From Deinococcus radiodurans R1 = ATCC 13939 = DSM 20539 (GTDB lineage Bacteria > Deinococcota > Deinococci > Deinococcales > Deinococcaceae): a stretch of DNA of 32,000 nt. Below, piece by piece: positions 1 to 11,637 of this stretch; position 1 is the stretch's first letter; the number at the start of each line of letters is the position of its first letter. Location: contig NC_001263.1 in the NCBI RefSeq assembly GCF_000008565.1, positions 401,865 through 433,864 on the forward strand, read 5' to 3'. The notes beneath the pieces were generated by a model. It did not search any database. It saw nothing but the letters and a program-made list of their open reading frames with translations, and was not told where the DNA came from. The translations under genes were made by a program, and so were the position numbers.

Positions 1-2651
1 ATAAAGTCGTCGTCGAACATCATCCGGCGCAGTTCGTCGGTGATGCGGGCGGACTCGGCCTCGCTGATGTACGGCCCCTGCAAGCGCAGCGGCTTGACCA
101 GCCCCGGCTGATAAAACAGCATGTCACCCATGCCGGTCAGCCGCTCGGCGCCCGTGGTGTCGAGAATGGTGCGCGAGTCGTGGCTGCTGCTGACCGCGAA
201 GGCGATGCGCGCAGGAATGTTCACCTTGATGAGGCTGGTCAGGATGTCCACGCTGGGCCGCTGCGTCGCCAGAATCAGATGCATCCCGGTGGCGCGCGCC
301 ATCTGCGCCAGGCGCATGATCGCCGACTCGACTTCCTTGGGGCTGGTGATCATCAGGTCGGCAAGTTCGTCGATGATGATGACGAGGTGCGGCAGCTCAA
401 CCTCGCCCACCGCGCGCATCTTGGCGTTGAACTGTTCGAGGTTCTTGGCGCCGACCTGACTCATCATCTTGTAGCGCCGTTCCATGTGGGCCACCGCGCC
501 GAGCAGCACCCCCGCCGCGTCTGCCGGGTTGGTCACCACTGGGCGCACGAGGTGGGGAATGCCGTCGTAGGGCGTGAGTTCGACCATTTTGGGGTCGATC
601 ATGACGAAGCGCAGTTCGGTCGGCAGGTAGCGGTAGAGCAGCGAGGTGATGAGGGTGTTGACGCACACCGACTTGCCCGAGCCGGTCGAGCCGGCGACCA
701 GCAGGTGCGGCATCTTGGCGAGGTCGCCCACCATCATCGAGCCATCGATGCTTTTGCCGAGGATGATCGGCAGCTTGGCGCGGGTGTTCTTGAAGGCTGG
801 ATTGGCTGTCGCCTGATGGAAGGTGACGGGTTCGCGCTCGGCATTGGGCACTTCGAGGCCGATCACACTCTTGCCCGGCACCGGAGCCTCCACACGCACG
901 CCACCTACCGCCAGAGCGCGGGCGAGGTCGTTGGAGAGGCTGGCGATGCGGCTGATCTTCTCGCCGGGCGCGGGCTCGATCTCGTAGCGGGTCACGGTGG
1001 GCCCACGGGCGAGGTCCACCACCTTCGCCTGAAGGCCGAACTGCCGCAGCGTCTCGTTGATCATGTCGCCGCGCCGCTCGGCGTCGAGGTCCATCTGCAC
1101 GGTGTTGCGCGCCCCGTTGGGCAGCGGGTCGAGGAGCTGCTCGCTCGGCAGCGCGAGGCGGGTGGCGCCCCGGCGGCTGACCCCACTGGGGGCCGGAGCG
1201 GGGCGCCCAGCAGCGGGTTCTTCCCAGGGCGCGGCGTGGCTCACCGACGCGGAGGCGGGGCTGACCGGCACTGGGCTCGGCCCTGGACTCGATACTGGGC
1301 GCGGGGTGGGCCGGGCCGCTGCGCGTGGTGTCGGCACCATCTGAGGCACGCTGGCCGCTGCGGGCGCAGGCGTCGCCGGGGGGCCGAAGGGCATGTCTTC
1401 CTCATCGTCCCAGAGGTCGAAGTCAGCCAGGGTGGGGGAGGGAGGCCGGGCCGTGCGGGGAGCGCTGGGCGGGGCCACGTTGCCCGCCGTCGCGGGTCGG
1501 CCCGGTGGGGTGCGGGCCGGGCGCGGGGCAGGCATCTCTGCGGCGTCCAATTGTTGGGGCACGGGCACCAGCGGAGTCGTGGTGCGGCGAGCGCTGCGAA
1601 CGCGGGCCGCTCGGGCGAAGGGGTCGGGCATCTGTTCCGCTGGTGTCCGACTGCGGCGGGGCGCGGCGCTGAAATCGATGTCGAGCGCGGGCACGGCGGC
1701 AGCGTCGTAGACCGGGGGCGACGGGGCCGGGCGAGCCGGGGCCACAGGTGAGACAGGCGTCAGGTCGTCGGCGTCGTCCCAGAGGCCGGGCACGGTGCTG
1801 CGCGGGTCGGGCGCGATCTGAGGCTGCACATCGTCCCAGCCGTCAGTTTCCCTGGGAGCTGTCGCGGCGGAAGGCACCTCGTCGGGGCCGGGAGGGGCCA
1901 TCAAGCGGCTCAGTGTGTGGCCCAGCCGCGAGAACAGACTGCCGGACGGTTCGCTGCTCTCAGCTGCCGCCCAGGTGTCCTCTTCCAGGTCGTCTTCCGG
2001 CAGGTCGTCCTCCGGGGGCGTGAGCTGGCGCTGGTGCTCCTGCTCGGTGGCCTGACGCAGAAACTCGCGCCACCGGTCCTGTTCCTGCATGGTTGCGAGG
2101 GTGCGCTTGTGGAGCTCGGTCGCCACGCGGGTGGCCGCCTCAGTGGGGCCGCTGTCGAACGCGGCGGCGAGGTCGGGCCAGCGCGCATACGCCTGCTCGT
2201 AGGTGTGCCACGTCTGGAAGCGGCTTTGCACCTCCTGCCACTGCCGCAGCCGGCGCAGGTGGGCGTCGTGCTCGCGCTGCACGACTTCCACGGTGGGCCG
2301 CTTGAGGTGGCGCTCGGCGGCGCAGCGCTCGGTTTCCAGCTTCTTGGCCTTGCCGCCGATAGACAGAATCTGGTTGACGAGGTGCCGGCGTACATTTTCG
2401 AGGGCCGCGCTTGCCTGGGTGGCGGGCAAAAAGACGCTCAGCTCGTGGCGGCGGTCGTCCACCACGGCCTTGAGATAGGTGGTCGCCTGCTCGCCTTCGG
2501 GCACCGCCTCCTGCTCCACCTTGGCGCGCAGGTCGTGGGCCGTTTGCAGCAGGGCGTTGCGCGTCATCAGGTCGTAGGTGGTCAGCTCCTCGCGCACCTG
2601 CTTGAGCTGCTCCTCATCGTAGGTTCTGATTTCGCGTTGCAGGCGCCGCAC
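1..2651 (-). CDS. ftsK: DNA translocase FtsK/SpoIIIE, linker plus motor domains (3' end outside the window; 5' part in another frame, see 2669..3340)
   Basis: My minus-strand translation in the frame with codon low coordinate = 0 mod 3 gives ...[20 protein letters not shown] (Walker A) ... [15 protein letters not shown] (Walker B) ... [11 protein letters not shown] ... GMGDMLF, which are classic FtsK motor motifs. Upstream is a Pro/Ala-rich linker (about 1100-1900) and a coiled-coil-like segment. This frame has no stop from the window edge up to 3090. The ORF track omits it because it runs off the window. GTG at 2649-2651 is the first usable start downstream of the frame junction. Confidence 0.9.
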   Translation of the reverse strand, partial: MRRLQREIRTYDEEQLKQVREELTTYDLMTRNALLQTAHDLRAKVEQEAVPEGEQATTYLKAVVDDRRHELSVFLPATQASAALENVRRHLVNQILSIGGKAKKLETERCAAERHLKRPTVEVVQREHDAHLRRLRQWQEVQSRFQTWHTYEQAYARWPDLAAAFDSGPTEAATRVATELHKRTLATMQEQDRWREFLRQATEQEHQRQLTPPEDDLPEDDLEEDTWAAAESSEPSGSLFSRLGHTLSRLMAPPGPDEVPSAATAPRETDGWDDVQPQIAPDPRSTVPGLWDDADDLTPVSPVAPARPAPSPPVYDAAAVPALDIDFSAAPRRSRTPAEQMPDPFARAARVRSARRTTTPLVPVPQQLDAAEMPAPRPARTPPGRPATAGNVAPPSAPRTARPPSPTLADFDLWDDEEDMPFGPPATPAPAAASVPQMVPTPRAAARPTPRPVSSPGPSPVPVSPASASVSHAAPWEEPAAGRPAPAPSGVSRRGATRLALPSEQLLDPLPNGARNTVQMDLDAERRGDMINETLRQFGLQAKVVDLARGPTVTRYEIEPAPGEKISRIASLSNDLARALAVGGVRVEAPVPGKSVIGLEVPNAEREPVTFHQATANPAFKNTRAKLPIILGKSIDGSMMVGDLAKMPHLLVAGSTGSGKSVCVNTLITSLLYRYLPTELRFVMIDPKMVELTPYDGIPHLVRPVVTNPADAAGVLLGAVAHMERRYKMMSQVGAKNLEQFNAKMRAVGEVELPHLVIIIDELADLMITSPKEVESAIMRLAQMARATGMHLILATQRPSVDILTSLIKVNIPARIAFAVSSSHDSRTILDTTGAERLTGMGDMLFYQPGLVKPLRLQGPYISEAESARITDELRRMMFDDDF

Positions 2652-2668
2652 CTTCTCATACGGTTCTT

Positions 2669-3340
2669 TCAGCCCGATGTTTTTGGGGTCGATGCGCCGT
2701 AGGCGTCGAGGTGCCCGCGCAGTTCGCTGAGCTGCCCGCGCACGTCGGTGCGGTTGTGGGCGACCACGGTGCCGTTGCCGGGCAGCCGGGCCTCGATGGC
2801 GCCCTGCACGTTGTGCCCCACGCCGGTCAGCAGGCCGATCAGCCCATGCACCAGCCGCCGGGTCACGCCGAGCAGCGACACACCCAGCATGATTTTCAGG
2901 CCGATGAGGGCCGCAAACAGCAGCAGCAGCGGCGTCGCCGGCCCCAGCACGGGCCGCAGCTTGCCCGCCAGCCCATCGGCGAGCAGGCCCGCCGTGCTGG
3001 GGTGCCCAGGTTGACCCGGCAGGAAAAAGGCTTGCAGACACAGAACCGCAAAGACGGCGAGCAGGCCGCCCAGCACCCAGCGGGTGAGTTCACGCAGCGA
3101 CGCGTTGATAAAGGTCGCCACGCCGTAGGCAAGCGCCGCGACGGGCAGCAGCCACGCCAGCCACCCGGCCCAGTCGAGCAGGGCGCGCCGGGCCCCGACC
3201 AGGGCGCCTCCCTGGTGGCCCAGAAACGGCAGCAGCAGGACCAGGCCCAGCAAAAAGGCGACCACCAGCAGCAGGAGCCCCACCACTTCGCCGTCGATCC
3301 GGGCGCGTGGGGGCTGGTCTTGGTGCGAGTTTGCCGACAT
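2669..3340 (-). CDS. ftsK: FtsK N-terminal membrane domain, separated from the rest of ftsK by an apparent frameshift
   Basis: 223-aa ORF with about 4 hydrophobic helices ([84 protein letters not shown]), as expected for the FtsK N-domain. It ends at TGA 2669-2671, while the motor frame is open through the same region. Confidence 0.75.
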   Translation of the reverse strand: MSANSHQDQPPRARIDGEVVGLLLLVVAFLLGLVLLLPFLGHQGGALVGARRALLDWAGWLAWLLPVAALAYGVATFINASLRELTRWVLGGLLAVFAVLCLQAFFLPGQPGHPSTAGLLADGLAGKLRPVLGPATPLLLLFAALIGLKIMLGVSLLGVTRRLVHGLIGLLTGVGHNVQGAIEARLPGNGTVVAHNRTDVRGQLSELRGHLDAYGASTPKTSG

Positions 3341-3417
3341 AGCGGTTTAGTTTATACGGACTCCCTGAGGTGCGGATGTTTTGTACCTCCGCATCCACTG
3401 GACAAAACGTCCTTACA

Positions 3418-3837
3418 ATGCCGGGCGTGCTCCTGACCCTGCCTGCGCCGCTGCGCCGCGCCCTGTGGGCGCAGGTTCGGCGCGAGCTGCCGCGCGAGTG
3501 TGTGGGCGCCCTCGGCGGCTGGGTGCGGGGCGAGCAGGTGCAGGCCCACGCCCTGTACCCGCTGCCGAACGTGGCCGCCGACCCGGAGCGCGAATACCTC
3601 GCCGACCCCGGCGACCTGCTGCGCGTCGTGCGGGCCATGCAGCGCGAGGGTCTCGACCTCGTCGCGCTCTACCACAGCCACCCCCACGGCCCGGCGGCGC
3701 CGAGCGCGTCCGACCGGCGGCTGGCGGCCTACCCGGTGCCCTACCTGATTGCCGACCCCGCCGCCGAGGTGCTGCGGGCGTACCTGCTGCCGGGCGGGGA
3801 AGAGGTGGAGGTCCGCAGCGCCGATGAGAGCAATTGA
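3418..3837 (+). CDS. JAMM/MPN+ (Mov34) family metalloprotease
   Basis: The ORF contains ALYHSHPHGPAAPSASD, which fits the JAMM motif H-x-H-x7-S-x2-D, plus an upstream Glu (PRECVGAL). ATG 3418 is preferred over GTG 3370 because the first 16 codons of the longer ORF are AT-rich at third positions. Confidence 0.8.
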   Translation: MPGVLLTLPAPLRRALWAQVRRELPRECVGALGGWVRGEQVQAHALYPLPNVAADPEREYLADPGDLLRVVRAMQREGLDLVALYHSHPHGPAAPSASDRRLAAYPVPYLIADPAAEVLRAYLLPGGEEVEVRSADESN

Positions 3838-3858
3838 TAAAAGAATGGCCTTGCACTG

Positions 3859-3918
3859 TTTGACCCTCTACCTTGATGGGAGAGGGCCTCGCGCAGCGAG
3901 GGGTGAGGGTGTCTTTTT
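3859..3918 (+). repeat. Small structured intergenic repeat, family B copy 1 (SNR-like)
   Basis: TTGACCCTCTACCTTGATGGGAGAGGGCCTCGCGCAGCGAGGGGTGAGGGTGTCTTT. It has nested hairpins CCCTCT/AGAGGG and CCTCGC/GCGAGG, closed by GACCCTC...GAGGGT. A second copy lies at 20078..20135. Confidence 0.8.
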
Positions 3919-3930
3919 CTGTCAGACGCT

Positions 3931-4875
3931 TTAGGGCAGCGTCCCCAGCCGCTCCAGCAACAGCTTGAAAAAAGCCGCGTCGTCCACGCCCACCGCGACC
4001 TGGACGTTTTTTTCCCGGTCGGTCACGCCGTAGAGGTCGCAGACAGTGCGGCCCACGTTCAGGCCCTCGCTCAGCTCGACTTCGACGTTCATGGCCTGCC
4101 AGGTGAGCAGCTCGGGGCTCAGCGCCGCCGCCACCGCCAGCGGGTCGTGCAGGGCGCCGCCGCTGAGCCCATAGCGCTCGCGGTAGACCCCGGCGTAGAA
4201 CTCCAGCATCTCCGCCGACACCGCCCCGGCGCGGTTGCCGAGGGCACGCAGTTGCTCCAGCCGCTCCGGCGTGGCGATGCACTGCATGGTGACGTTCAGG
4301 CCCACCATGCGGACCGGCACGGGGCTGTGCAGCACGATGTGCGCGGCGTGCGGGTCGGCGAGCGCGTTGAACTCGGCGGCGGGGGTGCGGTTGCCCTGCG
4401 CGGTGCTGCCGCCCATCCACACGACCTCACGCAGCAGCCCCGGCAGGTCGGGCGCCAACCGAAACGCGAGCGCCACGTTCGTCAGCGGGCCGCTGGCGAC
4501 CAGCGTGATTTGCCCCGGATTCGCCCGCACCGTGCGGATGATGAAGTCCACCGCGTGCTCGGCTTCCGGCCCGCGCACAGGCTCTGGCAGGTGGGCGGCG
4601 GGGAGGCCGGTGGCGCCGTGCACCTGCGTCGCGGTCATTCCCTCGCGCAGCAGGGGGCGGTCAGCTCCGGCAAAGTACGGCACGCCCGCCGCCCGCTCGC
4701 CGGCCAGCGCAAGCACCACGCCGGTATTTCGCACTCCTTGCTGAAGCGGCACGTTGCCGTGCACCGCCGTGACGCCCAGCACCTGCGTTTCGGGGCTGGC
4801 AAAGGCGAGCAGCCACGCCACCGCGTCGTCCAGGCCGGGGTCACCATCGAGAAGGACGGGCAAGGAAGAAACCAT
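3931..4875 (-). CDS. Inosine/uridine-preferring nucleoside hydrolase family protein
   Basis: 314-aa ORF with the N-terminal LLDGDPGLDDAVA signature (DxDxxxDD) and overall IUNH-like sequence (GPLTNVA, WMGG). Confidence 0.85.
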   Translation of the reverse strand: MVSSLPVLLDGDPGLDDAVAWLLAFASPETQVLGVTAVHGNVPLQQGVRNTGVVLALAGERAAGVPYFAGADRPLLREGMTATQVHGATGLPAAHLPEPVRGPEAEHAVDFIIRTVRANPGQITLVASGPLTNVALAFRLAPDLPGLLREVVWMGGSTAQGNRTPAAEFNALADPHAAHIVLHSPVPVRMVGLNVTMQCIATPERLEQLRALGNRAGAVSAEMLEFYAGVYRERYGLSGGALHDPLAVAAALSPELLTWQAMNVEVELSEGLNVGRTVCDLYGVTDREKNVQVAVGVDDAAFFKLLLERLGTLP

Positions 4876-4947
4876 GAGCGAAGCATAAGGGCAGAAGTGT
4901 CAGCCGGGGAGCATTCGGCGGCCCCGCGCAGCCCGCAGACTGCGGCC

Positions 4948-5241
4948 ATGAACATGCAAGCTGTCCAGGCGGCTTTCGACGCTGCCTACACCAAAGACCC
5001 CCGCGACGGCCTGACCATCACCCACACCACTGAGGACGGCAAGCTCTGCATTGAGGTCCGTCACGTCAATGTCGAAGGCGACGTGCACGGTTTCGACGTG
5101 GTCGCCCAGCCCACCGAGGCCGAGGGCAAGACCGCCGAGGAAGTGGGTCGCGACATGGCCGAAGTCGTCGAGCGCGAACTCGCCTACGCCCAGCTGCCGG
5201 CCCAGGACGAAAACGGCGACTTCCGGCGCATCGTGGTCTGA
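4948..5241 (+). CDS. Hypothetical small acidic protein (97 aa)
   Basis: This is the C-terminal part of track ORF 4147..5241, taken from ATG 4948 (MNMQAVQAAFDAAYTKDPRDG...). It has high GC3. A -10-like CAGACT lies 6 nt upstream. The region upstream of 4948 is antisense to the hydrolase gene. Confidence 0.55.
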   Translation: MNMQAVQAAFDAAYTKDPRDGLTITHTTEDGKLCIEVRHVNVEGDVHGFDVVAQPTEAEGKTAEEVGRDMAEVVERELAYAQLPAQDENGDFRRIVV

Positions 5242-5243
5242 AA

Positions 5244-5374
5244 CCAATTGCGGTTGAATTGCTCACACTGAGCGATTCAACCCGAGCGGAGCGAGAAGCA
5301 AGGGAGACGTGCTGCGGGAGGTGGACTAAAATCCAGTTCTTTTCTGGATTTTAGGGAATCGGACGCAGCACGTG
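5244..5374 (+). repeat. Structured intergenic repeat, family A copy 1 (SNR/MITE-like, about 130 bp)
   Basis: Near-identical to 19585..19714. It contains nested perfect inverted repeats ACGTGCTGCG (5307-5316)/CGCAGCACGT (5364-5373) and CTAAAATCCAG (5326-5336)/CTGGATTTTAG (5344-5354), plus a 5' hairpin GTTGAATTGCTCA...TGAGCGATTCAAC. Confidence 0.85.
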
Positions 5375-5385
5375 TGAGTTACATC

Positions 5386-5428
5386 AGAAAAAGACCCGCC
5401 ACAACAAGGGTGGCGGGCCTTTTTATTT
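5386..5428. terminator. Bidirectional rho-independent terminator between convergent genes
   Basis: Stem CCCGCCAC (5395-5402)/GTGGCGGG (5410-5417), flanked by an A-run (5386-5392) and a T-run (5420-5428). Confidence 0.7.
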
Positions 5429-5454
5429 GGAATGAAGGAGAAAAACCCCGCCTA

Positions 5455-8775
<3,321 letters not shown>

Positions 8776-8883
8776 GGTGGGGAGAGTGTAGTGGATCGGG
8801 GTGGAGTGGGTCGGGCCAAAATCACTGCCCCAGGAACGCCGCAAAGGCACGCGCCCCGCGCCCGGCGCCGTAGAGTCAGGGCG

Positions 8884-9525
8884 ATGGCCGCGCCCGCTCC
8901 CGACTTCGCCCTGCAACTCGCCCACGTCGCCCGCAAGTTCGGCGCGCAGTTCGTGCTGCGCGACGTGACGCTCGACCTGCGCCCTGGCGAGGTGGCCGCG
9001 CTGTTCGGCGGCAACGGAGCGGGCAAAACCACGCTGCTGCGGGTGGTGGCGGGGCTGCTCTCGGCGAGCCGGGGCGAGGGCCGGGTCTTCGGCTACGACC
9101 TGAAAGACAAACGCAGTGTGCGCGAACACGTCTTTTTCATGACTGAGGGAGGCGGGCTCTACGGCGACCTGACCGCCACCGAGAATTTGGACTTCACGGC
9201 GCGGATGTACGGCCTGACTGCCCCCTCTGCCGAGCTGCTCGAACGGGTGGGCCTCGGCGCGGCGGCGAACAAGCGCGCCCGTGACCTGAGTTCGGGGATG
9301 CGCAAGCGTCTGCAACTCGCCCGGATGCTGCTCGCGCCCTCGCCGTTGCTGCTGCTCGACGAACCGTTCGCCAACCTCGACGCGGGCGGCAAAGACGCGG
9401 TGCTGACCCACCTGCGCGCCGCCCAGGACGCGGGCAAGACCATCCTCTTCAGCTCGCACGAGCCCGAACTCGCCGGACAGGTGGCGACCCGCACGCTCAC
9501 CCTGGAACAGGGGGTGCTGGGGTGA
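8884..9525 (+). CDS. ccmA: ABC transporter ATP-binding protein, heme exporter CcmA-like
   Basis: Walker A GGNGAGKTT, signature LSSGMRKRL and Walker B LLLLDEP. Its stop overlaps the start of a CcmB-like permease gene. The start is ATG 8884, with TAGAGT 7 nt upstream. Confidence 0.8.
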   Translation: MAAPAPDFALQLAHVARKFGAQFVLRDVTLDLRPGEVAALFGGNGAGKTTLLRVVAGLLSASRGEGRVFGYDLKDKRSVREHVFFMTEGGGLYGDLTATENLDFTARMYGLTAPSAELLERVGLGAAANKRARDLSSGMRKRLQLARMLLAPSPLLLLDEPFANLDAGGKDAVLTHLRAAQDAGKTILFSSHEPELAGQVATRTLTLEQGVLG

Positions 9526-10187
9526 GGGCCGCACTCAGCGTCTTTCTCAAGGACTTGCGACTGGAAGGCCGCAGCAAGGATGTGCTGTCCACCACGCTGT
9601 TTTTCGCCGGACTGGTGGTGCTCATCATGGGCTTCGCCTTCGGCCCCGACACCGCCAAGATGCGCGACGCCGCCGCCGGGGTGCTGTGGTGCGCTCTGGC
9701 TTTTGCCAGTGTGCTGGCCGCCAACCGCGCCTGGGCGGGCGAGCAGGAAAGCGGGGCGCTCGAAAGCCTGCTGCTCTACCCGGTGGCCCACGAGTGGCTC
9801 TACCTCGGCAAAGCGGCGGCCAACGCCCTGCTGATGCTCATTCTGGGCGTGGTGACCGCCGCGCTGACCGCCATTTTCTTCGACGTGCACTTCGCCAGCC
9901 TGGGGCTGCTCGCGCTGACCCTCGCGCTCGGCGTGCTCGGCCTGAGCCTCGTGACCACCTTCTACTCGGCCATCACCGTCAACCTGCGGGCCAAAGAAGC
10001 CTTGCTACCGGTCCTGAGCTTCCCCATCATCATTCCGGTGATGATTGGGGCGGTCAAAAGTACAGTTCTGCTCAGCGGCGGCTTCAATCCGGACGACTAC
10101 TGGGCGTGGACGCGGCTGCTGCTCGGTTTCGATGTGGTCACGCTGCTGGTGGCGACCTTCGCTTTTCCGCACGCGGTGGAAAGCTGA
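9522..10187 (+). CDS. ccmB: Heme exporter protein B (CcmB family permease)
   Basis: 221-aa polytopic membrane ORF. GTG 9522 overlaps the ccmA stop (GTGA). Size and sequence are typical of CcmB. Confidence 0.75.
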   Translation: MRAALSVFLKDLRLEGRSKDVLSTTLFFAGLVVLIMGFAFGPDTAKMRDAAAGVLWCALAFASVLAANRAWAGEQESGALESLLLYPVAHEWLYLGKAAANALLMLILGVVTAALTAIFFDVHFASLGLLALTLALGVLGLSLVTTFYSAITVNLRAKEALLPVLSFPIIIPVMIGAVKSTVLLSGGFNPDDYWAWTRLLLGFDVVTLLVATFAFPHAVES

Positions 10188-10196
10188 GAGGCGGAG

Positions 10197-10697
10197 TCAA
10201 AGCTGGTGGTGCCGTCCCCCCGGCAGCGCCATGCTGCGCATGAAGCGGCTCATGGCCTGCACCGCCCGCTGAAACTCGGTGAATTCGATGGGTTTGACCA
10301 CGTAGCTCGCGGCGTGGGCCTGATAGGAGCGCAATACGTCTTCCTCGGCCTGACTCGTGGTGAGCATAAAGACCGGGATGGTCATGAGGTGCGGGTCGGT
10401 CTTGAGCTTGGTCAGCAGTTCGAGGCCGTTCATGCGCGGCATGTTGATGTCGAGCAGGATGACATCAGGGCGCGGCACCTGCTCGTAGGGCGGCTTTCGC
10501 AGCAGAAAATCGAGCGCCTCGACGCCGTCGCGCACGACGTGAAGCTGGCCTGCCAGCCCCTCTTCCTCAAAAACCTCCTGGGTCAGCAGCACATCGGGCT
10601 CGCTGTCCTCGACCAGCAGAAACTGAATGGGAAGAATGCCCGGCTGCTCCGGCGTGCCGTAGTGGCGAAGCTGCTGCTGTGCATTCATGTTCGACAT
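10197..10697 (-). CDS. Stand-alone response regulator receiver (CheY-like) protein
   Basis: REC hallmarks are present: LLVEDSEPD, ILLDINMP (phospho-Asp), MLTTS, YVVKP. There is no output domain. A GAGG Shine-Dalgarno lies 8 nt before the ATG. Confidence 0.85.
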   Translation of the reverse strand: MSNMNAQQQLRHYGTPEQPGILPIQFLLVEDSEPDVLLTQEVFEEEGLAGQLHVVRDGVEALDFLLRKPPYEQVPRPDVILLDINMPRMNGLELLTKLKTDPHLMTIPVFMLTTSQAEEDVLRSYQAHAASYVVKPIEFTEFQRAVQAMSRFMRSMALPGGRHHQL

Positions 10698-10853
10698 GGA
10701 AAAACCTCGGGAAAGTTCGGTGCCCCGAAGGGCAAGCTCGTCCAGACAGTGTGCCGCCCCGGCATGATTTCCGTCTCAGAGCGGGCTTTAGGCTTCCGTG
10801 ACGGCCCCTTGAGGGAGTCTTGAGGGCCCCCGGCGGCGGCGTACCCTGGCCCC

Positions 10854-11273
10854 ATGAACCTGCTGCAAGCTTCCCTGACCGGCGGCGCGGCTTTCCGCGA
10901 GGTGGACGCGCTGCTGGGCGACCTGACCTACGACGAAGCCAGGCATCCCGCCGTCCCGCATACCCTCGCCGAACTGATCGCGCACCTGCGGGTGACCACG
11001 CGCGCCAGCCTCGACCTCGTGACCGGACAGGCGCAGGAGTGGCCGGACGACCTCGACGTGTGGCCCGCGCCGCCCGCGACGGAAGCCGAGTTTGATGCTC
11101 TCCTCACCGACCTGCGGCTGATGCTCGCTGAGGCTTCGGCGCTTGCCCGCGACCCGAGTAGCCGGGCACGCGACGTGCTGACCGACCTCGCCGTGCACAA
11201 CGCCTACCACTGGGGGCAGGTGGCACTCTTGCGGCGGCAAGCGGGGACCGAATTTGAAGAAGTGTTTGAATAA
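10854..11273 (+). CDS. DinB/YfiT-like superfamily protein
   Basis: 139-aa helical protein with conserved His positions (LIAHL, HNAYHWGQ) typical of the DinB_2 family, which is expanded in Deinococcus. Confidence 0.7.
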   Translation: MNLLQASLTGGAAFREVDALLGDLTYDEARHPAVPHTLAELIAHLRVTTRASLDLVTGQAQEWPDDLDVWPAPPATEAEFDALLTDLRLMLAEASALARDPSSRARDVLTDLAVHNAYHWGQVALLRRQAGTEFEEVFE

Positions 11274-11637
11274 ACCGGACCTGACGCCCTACCTCGGCCA
11301 GCGGGTGCGGGTGGTCGTGGACCGGCCCCTCGGCAGCGTGCATCCCCGTCATCCCGACCTGATTTATCCCGTCAATTATGGGGAGATTCCGGGCACCCTC
11401 AGCGGCGACGGGCATCCGATAGACGCTGATCTGTTCGGGTGGGAGGAGCCGACTGAAGGGGGCCGAAGGCGAAGTGATTGCCGTCGTGCTGGGCGAGGCC
11501 GACGCCGAAGACAAGCTAAGCTGGTGGTGGCGCGGGAGGGCACCTGCTGGACAGATGAGGCCATCTGGCAGGCCGCCGAGTTTCAGGAGCGGCTTTTCCG
11601 GACGCGGCTTTTGCGCTCTGATACCTTGCCCACATGA
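11254..11637 (+). CDS. Small inorganic-pyrophosphatase-like protein; internal about 20 codons appear out of frame
   Basis: DRPLGSVHPRHPDLIYPVNYGEIPGTLSGDGHPIDA resembles the PPase core (YPxNYGxIPxTxxxDGDPxD). The track start is TTG 11254, but GTG 11305 (VRVVVDRPLGS) is the more family-like start. See the finding on compensating frameshifts at 11458-11522. Confidence 0.65.
   Translation: MKKCLNKPDLTPYLGQRVRVVVDRPLGSVHPRHPDLIYPVNYGEIPGTLSGDGHPIDADLFGWEEPTEGGRRRSDCRRAGRGRRRRQAKLVVAREGTCWTDEAIWQAAEFQERLFRTRLLRSDTLPT

Noticed and set aside
180-2702. Long plus-strand ORFs (180..1751, 523 aa; 1917..2702, 261 aa, and nested ones)
   Set aside because: The products are Arg/Gly/Ala/His-rich with no motifs. 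They lie exactly antisense to the clearly recognisable ftsK frame. These are typical shadow ORFs in high-GC DNA.
3414-3419. TACAAT hexamer as a -10 box for the JAMM gene
   Set aside because: It overlaps the chosen ATG (3418). No acceptable -35 lies at 16-18 nt. It would force a GTG-initiated leaderless transcript at 3427, which is not convincing either way.
3413-4420. Minus-strand 335-aa ORF, and similar ORFs at 12200..13498, 23066..24706, 26523..27722, 29087..30007, 29541..30575, 30690..31502, 14462..15634 (+) and 4147..4947 (+)
   Set aside because: All are Arg/Pro/Ala/Gly-rich and lack motifs. Each overlaps, on the opposite strand or in another frame, a gene with strong family signatures.
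8776-9534. Upstream 253 codons of the 1359-aa minus-strand ORF 5455..9534
   Set aside because: It is antisense to ccmA. The pullulanase signal peptide begins at the internal Met (8775). The upstream translation has no signal or domain features.
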